The notes under the pieces are model-generated. The model ran no database searches. It had not been told where the DNA came from and saw only the letters and a program-made list of their open reading frames with translations. Shown here piece after piece: positions 32,565 to 42,059 of a stretch of DNA of 64,000 bases. This DNA comes from an uncultured Acidobacteriota bacterium (lineage in GTDB: Bacteria; Acidobacteriota; Thermoanaerobaculia; Gp7-AA8). The position numbers and the translations under genes were made by a program. Location: the NCBI GenBank assembly GCA_963741955.1, contig CAVUKB010000013.1:61975-125974 (forward strand). The letters run 5' to 3'. Numbering within the stretch: the stretch's first letter is position 1; every line of letters begins with the position of its first letter.

Positions 32565-33224
32565 ATGCCCGACGAGAGCGAAGTCGAATCGAACGTGGTG
32601 AGAGTGGACGCCCGCGGTGTCCAGCTCGAAGGGAATCTCGCTCTTCCAGTCGATGCAGACGGCGTCGTTCTGTTCGCCCATGGAAGCGGCAGCAGCCGTC
32701 ACAGTCCGCGAAATCGACAGGTCGCGGAGGTGCTGAATCGCGCCGGCGTCGGAACGCTGCTGATCGACCTTCTCACGGCCGATGAGGAATCGGTCGACAA
32801 TCGAACGGCGCAGCTCAGGTTCGACATCCGCCTTCTGGCCGAACGGCTCATCGGCGCGACGGAATGGCTCCGTGACCTTCCCGAGACGAAAGAGATGTCG
32901 ATCGGATATTTTGGTGCGAGCACCGGTGGTGGAGCCGCGCTCGTCGCTTCATCGAACCGGAAAGACATCGCGGCGATCGTCTCGCGCGGGGGGCGCCCCG
33001 ATCTCGCCGGCCAGGCGCTCCCGTTCGTCGAGGCTCCCACTCTGTTGATCGTCGGAGGCCTGGACGGCCCGGTGATCGAGATGAACCGGGAGGCGTACGA
33101 GCTGCTCCAGTGCGAAAAGCGGATGGAGATCGTCCCCGGCGCAACGCATCTCTTCGAGGAGGAAGGGAAGCTCGAGCGGGTGGCCGAGCTGGCCCGCGAC
33201 TGGTTCACCGGCCACTTCTGCTGA
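32565..33224 (+). CDS. Dienelactone hydrolase-like alpha/beta hydrolase
   Basis: FAHGSGSSRHSPRN, GASTG, SRGGRPDLA, GATHLFEE. Confidence 0.9.
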   Translation: MPDESEVESNVVRVDARGVQLEGNLALPVDADGVVLFAHGSGSSRHSPRNRQVAEVLNRAGVGTLLIDLLTADEESVDNRTAQLRFDIRLLAERLIGATEWLRDLPETKEMSIGYFGASTGGGAALVASSNRKDIAAIVSRGGRPDLAGQALPFVEAPTLLIVGGLDGPVIEMNREAYELLQCEKRMEIVPGATHLFEEEGKLERVAELARDWFTGHFC

Positions 33225-33306
33225 CGAGCTTAATCGATATAGATGCTATATGACGCATCTATTTATTACGCGTTAATACAAGCACGTAGTCCTGTCCCGT
33301 TGCAGA

Positions 33307-34221
33307 TCAACGGCCGCTCTTGCCGCGCGGCTTCGTCTTCGCGGGCAGTTCCGGCCGTTCGGAAGCCTCGGTGACATGGTGAAGCCGAAGGCGGTTGTGA
33401 ACTTCGACCACTCCGGAGACGGTGTCCACGAGGTCTTCCGCGAGGCGCTTCGAGTAACGGTCCTGAACGGAGCCTTCGAGGGTCACCTCTCCATTTTCGA
33501 CCCGCACCTCGAAACCGCTTGCGTCCAGACGGCCGTCGCGCGTGAGCCGCTCGCAGACGTCCTCGTAGATCCGGTCGTCACCTCGCCGGTAGCCCTGCGG
33601 TCCGCGTCCACTGTGTCGTCCGGGGACGGGATGTGCGACCGGGCGGCTCTCCATCGGTGAACCATACCGCCGTGCGCCCCGACGTCGCGGGAGATACGTT
33701 GCATCATCGTAGCGGTTCACCGTCTCTGCGGCGTCGATCGGACGCCGCGCGGAAGTTCCGCCGGAACTGTCGGCGTGTGAGGACATGTTCTGCCACGGCG
33801 TTGCCCACTCGCCTCCGGGAGTCGTCCTCCCGGTGACCGCATCCCATCCGGGCTCGGTGGTGGTGAAACCTCCCGAGCCGCCGTACCGCCGCCCGTACTC
33901 CGACTCGTCATCGCGCGAGGGTCGTGCGAGCGTCCTCCGGCGCGGTTCGGAAGGGCCGTATTCGTCATACGGCAAAGGAACCACGCGACGCGAGGGTTCC
34001 CACTCTCGCTCATCGCGCTCCTCTTCCCTCCAGTCGGGCTCGGATTCTCCGGAACGTGCCCCCCAGTCGCGCATCGACGGCCGGTACCCCTCTTCGTAAC
34101 CCGGACCGTAATCACGCTCGTCGCGGCTCCACCTCTCGTCCTCCCGGCCGCGCTCGTACTCCTGGTCCCTCATATCCCGCTCGTGCGGTTCTTCTCTTCC
34201 CTTTCGCGAACGATTCGCCAT
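33307..34221 (-). CDS. BON domain protein with R/E/Y-rich disordered N-terminus
   Basis: HSGRGPQGYRRGDDRIYEDV, VENGEVTLEGSV, VSGVVEVHNRL. Confidence 0.88.
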   Translation of the reverse strand: MANRSRKGREEPHERDMRDQEYERGREDERWSRDERDYGPGYEEGYRPSMRDWGARSGESEPDWREEERDEREWEPSRRVVPLPYDEYGPSEPRRRTLARPSRDDESEYGRRYGGSGGFTTTEPGWDAVTGRTTPGGEWATPWQNMSSHADSSGGTSARRPIDAAETVNRYDDATYLPRRRGARRYGSPMESRPVAHPVPGRHSGRGPQGYRRGDDRIYEDVCERLTRDGRLDASGFEVRVENGEVTLEGSVQDRYSKRLAEDLVDTVSGVVEVHNRLRLHHVTEASERPELPAKTKPRGKSGR

Positions 34222-34326
34222 GATTGAATTTTCTCCCTTCTCGGATTTGATGATCCGGTCGGCTCGCGTGGGAGAATCGCTTCGCGAAAGGCGAAGGCTC
34301 CCGCAGCGAGGTCACCTCTGTTTCAA

Positions 34327-34342
34327 AGCAACGAATGTGCCC
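34327..34342 (-). promoter_or_regulatory. sigma54-type -24/-12 promoter of the BON gene
   Basis: GGGCACATTCGTTGCT. Confidence 0.65.
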
Positions 34343-34419
34343 CGGAGGCGCGCGTCTCTGCACGGAAGGAGAGTGGCGCCGCACGCCTGTCCGGTCATGA
34401 GTGAGCGTGAGTGGTTCTG

Positions 34420-35184
34420 CTACGACCCGTTCGACGCGACCGCTGCCGGCAGCTCGAACAGACGTATCGGTGCGGCCCCGTTCGCTGAGCGTTTCAGGAG
34501 GGGAAGCGCGACGTTGTACACCGGAACGTTCCCTTTGGTCCGGCCTTCGGGTGAACCGTGGTGCGCGTGGCCGTGGAAAACGACCGTGGCGCGATAGCGG
34601 TCGATCGGCTCCTCGAGGCGGCTGGAGCCGAGGAATGGCGCAATCGGTTCGGGCTCGCCTTCGATCGTAGCGTGGATGGGAGAGTAGTGGAGAAGGACGA
34701 CTCGATGCTCGGTTCTCAGGCGGGCAAGGGCGGACTCGAGCTTCAGCGCCTCGTCGATCGACTCCTGCACGAAGTCTTTGATCATCTTCTCGCCCCACGG
34801 TGCGAGCTGCCTTCGCCCGAAGCCTCCCGCAAAACCCTTGGTTCCCGCGAATCCGACGCCGTCGATCTCGTGCGCGTCGCCGTCGAGAATGAGCACTCCC
34901 GCTGCCGAGACGATCTCGCGCACATCTCCTTCCCGTCCGGATTCGAAATCGTGGTTGCCGAGGACTGCGATGATCGGCAGTCGTCTTGCGACGGCCGACA
35001 GCTCCTTCACCAGCACTTCGGCTTCCTCGGGTTGGCCGTAGTCGGTCAGATCTCCGAGAAGAAGAAGGATGTCGGCTTCTTCTGCGGCGCGGGCGAAGAG
35101 CGGCTGAAGGGTTCCTTCGCTCCCGCGTGTGCAGTGGATGTCACCCACTGCTGCGATCCGTCGTGCTGTTGCCCGGAGTTGCAT
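34420..35184 (-). CDS. Calcineurin-like metallophosphoesterase
   Basis: GDIH, GDLTD, GNHD, HYSP, HGHAH; TGATG coupling with the upstream gene. Confidence 0.92.
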   Translation of the reverse strand: MQLRATARRIAAVGDIHCTRGSEGTLQPLFARAAEEADILLLLGDLTDYGQPEEAEVLVKELSAVARRLPIIAVLGNHDFESGREGDVREIVSAAGVLILDGDAHEIDGVGFAGTKGFAGGFGRRQLAPWGEKMIKDFVQESIDEALKLESALARLRTEHRVVLLHYSPIHATIEGEPEPIAPFLGSSRLEEPIDRYRATVVFHGHAHHGSPEGRTKGNVPVYNVALPLLKRSANGAAPIRLFELPAAVASNGS

Positions 35185-35975
35185 CACGTCTCCTCGATGG
35201 CCGCAGTCCAGCGCTCGATCTCTTCCGCGGACATCGAACCGAACGGTGTGAGCCGTCCGTCCAGAAATCCTCGCTCGTCGACGTCGACGAGGTACTGTGC
35301 GCGTGAGAGGAGCGTGCCACGACAGATGCGTTCGGCGCGCGCGTTCACCGAGATCTCGCGCTGCAGCCGGCCGGTGAGCTCGTCCATGACCCAGCGCGGA
35401 ATGCGCGACTGCTCCGAGGGATAGATGAACCCGAACAGGACGAGCTGCGCGTAGAGCACGCGCCAATGCTCGTCGAACCGATCGATCAAGCGCCGCCAGT
35501 CGAGCTCGTGTGCACACGCGAGAAACAGATGGGCCACGTCGGCCCCGTCGAATCGCTCGCGCTCCATGACGAAAGCCTTCGACCAGATGATCTCTTCAGG
35601 AGGGGCGACCTTGACCGGTTCACCGAAAAGGACGTCGTCGGAAGCGTGGCGGAACCAGAGGTCATCGACACGCGCCTCCCCATTCCCACCACCGAAGATG
35701 AGATCGACGAACTCGTCGCCGATGAACGCCTTCCCGAGCCAGTGCGAGTACGTTCGTTCGGTGTGAAATCCTCCCTCGCGGAGCGTGGTGGCGGCGGTGG
35801 AAAAATCGTCCTTCTTCAGAAAGAGATCGAAATCTTTCGTCAGCCGCGAAATGCCGCTGTAGCGGTGGAACGCGAAGGCTCCCCCGACGAGGTACGGCAC
35901 ACGGGCGCCATTCAATACCTCGAGAGCGTGCCTGTAGATGTCCCGCGACGAGGTTTCCGGCTGTTTTGCGCTCAC
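35184..35975 (-). CDS. Nucleotidyltransferase family protein (DNA pol beta-like superfamily)
   Basis: YLVGGAFAF, TKDFDLF, VDLIF, ERERFDGADV. Confidence 0.88.
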   Translation of the reverse strand: MSAKQPETSSRDIYRHALEVLNGARVPYLVGGAFAFHRYSGISRLTKDFDLFLKKDDFSTAATTLREGGFHTERTYSHWLGKAFIGDEFVDLIFGGGNGEARVDDLWFRHASDDVLFGEPVKVAPPEEIIWSKAFVMERERFDGADVAHLFLACAHELDWRRLIDRFDEHWRVLYAQLVLFGFIYPSEQSRIPRWVMDELTGRLQREISVNARAERICRGTLLSRAQYLVDVDERGFLDGRLTPFGSMSAEEIERWTAAIEET

Positions 35976-36049
35976 GCTCGACTCTTCCCTTCACGCCGCC
36001 CGTCCCGCACTCCTGCAGGCGGGACCGACTCCGGCGGCCCAGGAGAAAC

Positions 36050-36065
36050 TGCACCATTCGTGCCG
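36050..36065 (-). promoter_or_regulatory. sigma54-type -24/-12 promoter of the NTase-phosphoesterase operon
   Basis: CGGCACGAATGGTGCA. Confidence 0.6.
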
Positions 36066-36446
36066 TTCAGCAGGGTGCGTAACCTTCGCGATTCGAGGTA
36101 GTTACCGAGGCCTGCCTCGACCCTGGCCAGCGGATGTTCGCCGTTCGCGAGCCGGCGTCATCGAGCTCCCTTCGTCCGGGTCAGATCATTGAGAGTCTGG
36201 GTTTCGAGCGGTTCGCGTACGTCTTCGTCGGTCCCTTCCTGGATGTCGTTCCGCGGCGACGTAGGGCTGACTGCGATGATCCGAAGCGCCGTTTTCTCTG
36301 TCTTCTTCCTCCTGCTCGGCGATGGCGCACCTCCCTCCGATTCGGGGCTTCAGGCGAAGTGCCACCGCGGAATTCGCGCCCGATGGTTGCACTTGCAGAG
36401 AATCGAGTTGTCCGAGCTGCCGGGAACGCCGGAGAGGAGTGGTCCA

Positions 36447-37283
36447 ATGGCAAACGAGCTGGAGGAAGCGAACCGGTCGGACAGGTGGAGTCCTCCTGCC
36501 CCAACGCTCTTCATCTCCCATGGCGCTCCTTCGGTGATCCTGGACGACCCGGAGTTCGTCGCTGCGCTTCGAGGTTTCGCCTCGCGGCTGCCGAAGCCCC
36601 GCGCCGTGATCCTCATGTCCGCCCATTGGGAGAGCGACACGTCCGTGCGGCTCACCGCGCGAGATCCGTCCAAGACCATTCACGACTTCGGCGGATTCGA
36701 CCGGCAACTCTACTCGCTCCACTATCCCGCACCCGGAGATCCGGAGCTGTCGCGGCGGATCGTTTCGATCCTCGAAGACGCGAGCATCGATGCAGCGGTC
36801 GACGATTCGCGGGGACTCGATCACGGCGCGTGGATCCCGCTTCTGATGCTATATCCCGATGCGGATGTGCCGGTGATCGAGCTCTCGCTTCCGCGGCCGC
36901 GAAGCGTCGACCTGGTTCGGCGCATCGGCCGCGCGCTCGCTCCTCTACGCGATGAAGGGATGATGCTGATCGGAAGTGGTGGAGTGGTGCACAACCTCTC
37001 GGAGATCCGATTCTCGTCGCACCCCGCGGTCAGCGAGTGGGCACGCCGATTCGACGATTGGGTGTGGCGCTGTATCCGGACCCGGGATTTCGACGAGCTC
37101 GGGCAGTACCGGAATGCGGCGCCGACCGCAGATCTCGCCGTTCCAACAACCGAGCACTTCGACCCGATCTTCTTCACCGTCGGTACGAGCCGCGACGAAG
37201 AGCAGGAGATGCTGATATTCGAAGGCTTTCGATTCGGAAATCTCTCCATGCGGAGCTTTGCGTTCCAGGCTCCGAAGATGTAG
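36447..37283 (+). CDS. DODA-type extradiol dioxygenase (YgiD/LigB family)
   Basis: FISHGAP, SAHW, GLDHGAW, GSGGVVHNL, PTTEHF. Confidence 0.92.
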   Translation: MANELEEANRSDRWSPPAPTLFISHGAPSVILDDPEFVAALRGFASRLPKPRAVILMSAHWESDTSVRLTARDPSKTIHDFGGFDRQLYSLHYPAPGDPELSRRIVSILEDASIDAAVDDSRGLDHGAWIPLLMLYPDADVPVIELSLPRPRSVDLVRRIGRALAPLRDEGMMLIGSGGVVHNLSEIRFSSHPAVSEWARRFDDWVWRCIRTRDFDELGQYRNAAPTADLAVPTTEHFDPIFFTVGTSRDEEQEMLIFEGFRFGNLSMRSFAFQAPKM

Positions 37284-37373
37284 CAGTGTCGTGAATCTCA
37301 CGACGGGATCACGTTCGGCATGTGGCGTGCGGATTCGTAATCCGCCGCGCGGATCACGGCGCGGACCGCAGCA

Positions 37374-39137
37374 TCAATGGGTGGGAGGCCGAACGCCCCG
37401 CCGGTGGCCTCCGCCGTCAGGAGGAGGCCCGCCGTCCGACTGGTATGTGTATGCGTTTGCCACGCGCACCGTCTGCCCGTCGCTGTTGATCAACACGAGA
37501 TCGGCCTTCCCGTTTCCGGCGGGAGTGACGACGACCACAGTCGAGCCGTTGATCCAATGAACGTCCGGCGCGGGATGCCCGTCGAACATCACCGCGATAT
37601 CCGGCGTCAACTCGCTTCCGCGGATGGTGACGGGAGTGCCGCCCACGGCTGGTCCTGTTGCGGGCGCGACCGAGTAGACGACCGGCGTCAGACCGGGATA
37701 ACGCACCAGCTTCACGAGAACCGGCTCCGAAACGGGGAGAGTCACGTGTCCGGACAGAATATCGAGGACGGTTCGCACTCCTCGATGGTCGGTGAGAACC
37801 GCCCGGACAGCGGCGCCAGTGCCGAGGCTCATCGTGCGCGGGCCGGTGTCGCTCCAGAGCGCCACGAGAGGCTGGTCGAGAAGACGTTCGTTGAAGACGA
37901 GTTGGTGGTACTGACCCGGCGCGGAAAAGTCGGACACGAATCTCGGCGCGCGGTCGAGCGCGTTGGTGGCGAGCCTGAATGCCCTTCCTGACGGCTGGAG
38001 CGTGCCGCTTTCATCGAAGAACGCGGCTCTGGATTCAGCCGAACCGCAGGTCGACCGGGTCGAATCCCAGATCGCCCGAACGAGGCCGGCGGCGCGACTC
38101 TCGACCACCGATTCGACCGTCTGAATCGCATCGCGATCGAGAGCCGACGGGGAATCACAGCTGGAATCCACTGCGGGCCGAATCGCGATCGACGTCGAGA
38201 CGATGTCCGGCGTATACGGTTGTGGGGAAAGGCCGCTTCGTTCCCTCACCCGCTCCGCGATGGCAGGAAGGAACTGCGGATCCTTCGCGTACAGGATATT
38301 CAGCGCATCGACCTTTCCGGAGATCCCGTCGACGATCGTCTCGAGCATCGGGAGATCGTGCTTTCGAAAAGGAGAGTCGGCATCCCGCAGGTAGTCTGCG
38401 ATCGCCGTGGGCGAGCTCAAGCGCGGATCGATCGATCCGGCGGACTGGCCGGTCGTCATGAAGCGGTACGCGAAATCGAGTCCGGCACTCGTCTCCTGAG
38501 GCGTCGAGATGATCCAGGTCCAGGTTTTCTCCAGTGCCCAGACCTCTCCGCTGATTCCGCCATCGGCGATCCTGACATCGGGGTCCGTGTCGCGAATCGC
38601 TTTCGAAGCCGTCTTTACCAGCCGGACGTATTCGTCTGCGGTTCCGCCCCATTCTTTTTCGTTGAGGGGATCGCTCTCGATGGCGACATAGTCGAAGTGC
38701 CCTTTGTACTGGGTGAACAGATCGGAGACGAACTGATAGTAGGTCCGGCTGTATCCGAAGTTCGGATCGGCCTCGGTCAGCAGATCCTGAGGAGGAAGTG
38801 ACCGGGTCTCCTGAGTCGTCGAAGAGGAGTACGTGTTCATCCATCCCCTTCCCACTCGAATGACCGGAAATACGGCCAGTCCGGCGTTCTCTGCCGCCTG
38901 AATGTCTTCATGGCGGCGGACAATCAGCCCGGGCGAAGGTTCGGTCTCACTCCAGAAAATGTCGATTCGAACCGCGGTGTCGCCGAAATGGTCCCGGACC
39001 GAAGCTGATGAAACCTGGCCCGGCGGGATCACCCCGAAGTAGGAAGGGTCGTCGGTCCCGCTCTGCGCAAACATCTGAGTCCCTGTGGAGAACGCGAGGA
39101 AGGACGCCGCAAGGACGACCTGGAGCACGGGTTTCAT
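37374..39137 (-). CDS. Secreted GH-A clan-like protein with IPT/TIG domain and C-terminal RRGVR tail
   Basis: Signal peptide; WSETEPSPG, YVRLVKTASKAIRDTDP; TIG domain PATGPAVGGTPVTIRG. Confidence 0.78.
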   Translation of the reverse strand: MKPVLQVVLAASFLAFSTGTQMFAQSGTDDPSYFGVIPPGQVSSASVRDHFGDTAVRIDIFWSETEPSPGLIVRRHEDIQAAENAGLAVFPVIRVGRGWMNTYSSSTTQETRSLPPQDLLTEADPNFGYSRTYYQFVSDLFTQYKGHFDYVAIESDPLNEKEWGGTADEYVRLVKTASKAIRDTDPDVRIADGGISGEVWALEKTWTWIISTPQETSAGLDFAYRFMTTGQSAGSIDPRLSSPTAIADYLRDADSPFRKHDLPMLETIVDGISGKVDALNILYAKDPQFLPAIAERVRERSGLSPQPYTPDIVSTSIAIRPAVDSSCDSPSALDRDAIQTVESVVESRAAGLVRAIWDSTRSTCGSAESRAAFFDESGTLQPSGRAFRLATNALDRAPRFVSDFSAPGQYHQLVFNERLLDQPLVALWSDTGPRTMSLGTGAAVRAVLTDHRGVRTVLDILSGHVTLPVSEPVLVKLVRYPGLTPVVYSVAPATGPAVGGTPVTIRGSELTPDIAVMFDGHPAPDVHWINGSTVVVVTPAGNGKADLVLINSDGQTVRVANAYTYQSDGGPPPDGGGHRRGVRPPTH

Positions 39138-39378
39138 TTTTCGATCTCCCTCAGCGGTGCGTCGGACGGGCGGGTACGGCATCGCGCAGACCCGCTGAAT
39201 AGATCCAAAATAGATCAACAGGCTCCGAAGTCAAGCGTTCGATGACCAGGCGGGACCAGGCGGTTCCCGAACGCAAAGATTCTGTGTCCAGCGTGAAAAC
39301 ATTCACTCGGGGGGCGCGTATACTGGACGTGTTCCCTACTCCGGGCCGGAATCACCATGTTGTTCGTCGTAACCCGGC

Positions 39379-40551
39379 GTGAGCGGCCACGCTCCGGACC
39401 ACATGTACGAACTCGGATTCAGTCGTCTCGCTCTCCGCCTTCGGCGCGCTCTCGCCGCCGCGCTCCTTCTCGTGGTGGCAGCCCCGGCGCTTTGCGCGAG
39501 CCCGGTACAGGCCGACGTGAGCCCCCGCCTCGCCGCCGGCCGGGTGGACGAGTTCCGGAACGTTCCTGATTTCCACGACGAGTTCAATCAACTGCTCGAG
39601 CAGCAGCGTCAACCCGAATGGTTCGGTTACGCCGTCCCGGCGGTGGACGGCCAACGCCGGATCTGCTGCTTCTCGCTGCCGGACCCCGGCAGCGGCGTCT
39701 GCCGGCTGGAGCGGAATCGCGGCGTTGCGATCACAGCAGCTCCGAGCCTGAAGAATGGCATCAAGCCTCAGATTTTCATCCTCTACCGGATCGAGAACGG
39801 AAGACTCACCGACCTCAGAACATTCACTCCCGACTGTCAACTCGACCCAGGAGACGTCAAGCTCGTCTGGTACACCGACGTGACCCCGAGAGTCAGCATC
39901 GAGCTTCTGACGGACCTGGTCCTGCGCAACTCGCGCGAGCTCGATGCGAAGTCCCGCGGCAGCCGTCGAATCCGTCCCAAGGACATCGTGGAGCGGGCAA
40001 TCATTGCCATCGCGCTCCACGATTCACCGACCGCCGACGCTGCACTCGAGGCGCTGCTCTCGGAGGGTTTTCCCCTCGACGTTCGAGCGCACGCCGCGTA
40101 CTGGCTCGCTGAAGCGCGCGGCCGTACGGGCTACGAGCGCGTCCGTCGTCTGGTGCGCGAAGAGAAGTCGGGTGTTGCGAGGGAGCGATTCGTCTTCGCC
40201 CTCTCGGCGAGCCACGACGAACACGTCATCCAGGATCTGATCCGGACCGGACTGAAGGACCGGAGCGGTGCGGTACGTGCGCAGGCGCTTTTCTGGCTCG
40301 CGCAGCGCGCCCCCGACGGCTGCCGCAACGTGCTGCATGAAGCGATCGACTCGGATCCGGATCCCGCCGTCAAAGAGAAGGCGATCTACGCGCTCAGTCA
40401 GCTTCCGGGAAACAAGGGAATCCCGATCCTGATCGAGCTCGCACGCAGCCACCCCGACCGCCGCGTACGCGAGCGAACGACGTTCTGGCTCTCCCAGTCC
40501 CGTGATCCGCGGGCCATCGAGTTCTTCGAGCAGTCCGCCGTCACGCGATGA
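39379..40551 (+). CDS. Exported HEAT-repeat protein
   Basis: Repeats VRAHAAYWL, VRAQALFWL, VKEKAIYAL, VRERTTFWL; signal-like N-terminus. Confidence 0.85.
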   Translation: MSGHAPDHMYELGFSRLALRLRRALAAALLLVVAAPALCASPVQADVSPRLAAGRVDEFRNVPDFHDEFNQLLEQQRQPEWFGYAVPAVDGQRRICCFSLPDPGSGVCRLERNRGVAITAAPSLKNGIKPQIFILYRIENGRLTDLRTFTPDCQLDPGDVKLVWYTDVTPRVSIELLTDLVLRNSRELDAKSRGSRRIRPKDIVERAIIAIALHDSPTADAALEALLSEGFPLDVRAHAAYWLAEARGRTGYERVRRLVREEKSGVARERFVFALSASHDEHVIQDLIRTGLKDRSGAVRAQALFWLAQRAPDGCRNVLHEAIDSDPDPAVKEKAIYALSQLPGNKGIPILIELARSHPDRRVRERTTFWLSQSRDPRAIEFFEQSAVTR

Positions 40552-40586
40552 CGACGCTCACACCCGAGCTCCGGTCCGTCTCTGGG

Positions 40587-41936
40587 TCACCTTCGCCCGC
40601 TTCCGCTCTCCGCGGCTGCGCTCGACGTCGATCCGCGTACCGTCGTGATCTCCTCGGCCGGCTCTCCTCCGGCGAGGGTGTGGGCAACGATCAGCTCTCG
40701 CGCCTCACCGCGCAGGAGCGGAAGCCGGAATCCGAACGCGATTCCGGCCACGATGCAGACCAGCCCGCCGGATGCGACCGCGCCCGGAGCACCGATCCGG
40801 TCCGCGAGAGCGCCGGCGACGAGGGATCCGAACGGCGCCATCCCGATGAACATCATCGAGTAGAGAGCCATCACACGTCCGCGAAGCTCGTCCGGGACCA
40901 TCGCCTGGATCAGCGTGTTCGATGCCGCCATCTCGACCATCATCGTGAAGCCGACCGGCATCAGGAGGACGATCGAGAGCCAGTAGGAGCGGGAGAGAGA
41001 AAACGCGACGAGAGAGAGACCGAAGCCGGTCGCTGAAAGCCCGACCCAGCGGCCGAGTCCCCGGACACCGGACTTTGATGCGAGAGAGAGTGATCCGAGG
41101 AGAGCGCCCACCCCCGAAGCGCCCATCAGTACCCCGAGAGCCTTCGCACCGCCGTGGAGGATCTTGTCTGCGAATACCGGCATCAGGACCGCGTACGGCA
41201 TCCCGAGAAAACTGATCGCTCCGAGGAGGATCAGCAGCGCGCGGATCGGCCTGGCCCTGATGGAGAATCGAAATCCTTCGACGATGTTCTGGAGCGGCGA
41301 GTTCGTGCTGACGGGGCGCCGGAACGGAATCGGGGTCATCGCCACGAGGCCGGCGATCACTGCGACGTAGCTGACCGCGTTGATCAGGAAACACCATCCC
41401 TCACCGACCGCCGCGACCAGAATCCCGGCGACGGCTGGACCGACGATCCTCGCGCCGTTCACCATCGAGGAGTTGAGTGCGATTGCGTTCATCAGGTCGT
41501 CTTTACCGACCATGTCGAAAACGAACGCCTGCCGGGCGGGGATGTCGAAAGCGTTCACCAGACCGAGGAGGACCGCGAGGGCGAAGATCTCCCACACCCG
41601 GATCATCCCGCCGAGGGTCAGTCCTGCAAGACCGAAGGCGAGCACCATCGAGAGTGTCTGAGTGGCGACGAGGATCCGGTGGCGGTTCCGGTGGTCGGCC
41701 ACCATTCCTCCGAGAGGTGCGAGGATGAACACGGGAATCTGGCTGGCGAAGCCGACCAGCCCGAGGAGAACGGTGGACCCGGTGATGCGGTAGACCAGCC
41801 ACGACTGCGCGATCATCTGCATCCAGGTGCCGATCACCGAGATCAACTGGCCCGCGAAGAAGAGGCGGAAATTGCGGTGCCTGAGCGCCCGGATCGTCCC
41901 GGCGGCGCGCGAGATGCGTGCAGATTCATTACCCAT
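40587..41936 (-). CDS. MFS transporter (MFS_3/DUF894 type)
   Basis: ALRHRNFRLFFAGQ, FDIPARQ, LRGRVMA; 12 TM helices. Confidence 0.93.
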   Translation of the reverse strand: MGNESARISRAAGTIRALRHRNFRLFFAGQLISVIGTWMQMIAQSWLVYRITGSTVLLGLVGFASQIPVFILAPLGGMVADHRNRHRILVATQTLSMVLAFGLAGLTLGGMIRVWEIFALAVLLGLVNAFDIPARQAFVFDMVGKDDLMNAIALNSSMVNGARIVGPAVAGILVAAVGEGWCFLINAVSYVAVIAGLVAMTPIPFRRPVSTNSPLQNIVEGFRFSIRARPIRALLILLGAISFLGMPYAVLMPVFADKILHGGAKALGVLMGASGVGALLGSLSLASKSGVRGLGRWVGLSATGFGLSLVAFSLSRSYWLSIVLLMPVGFTMMVEMAASNTLIQAMVPDELRGRVMALYSMMFIGMAPFGSLVAGALADRIGAPGAVASGGLVCIVAGIAFGFRLPLLRGEARELIVAHTLAGGEPAEEITTVRGSTSSAAAESGSGRR

Positions 41937-42059
41937 CGAGCTCGAGCCCGCAGACGCTGAAAGGGTCGTGCCTGAACGAGAGCGGCGACCCTTCGGCAGT
42001 CCACGAATCCGTGGACGTCCGAGAGAAGGCCGCCGCTCCGGAAAGCTCCGGCCGCGCCG

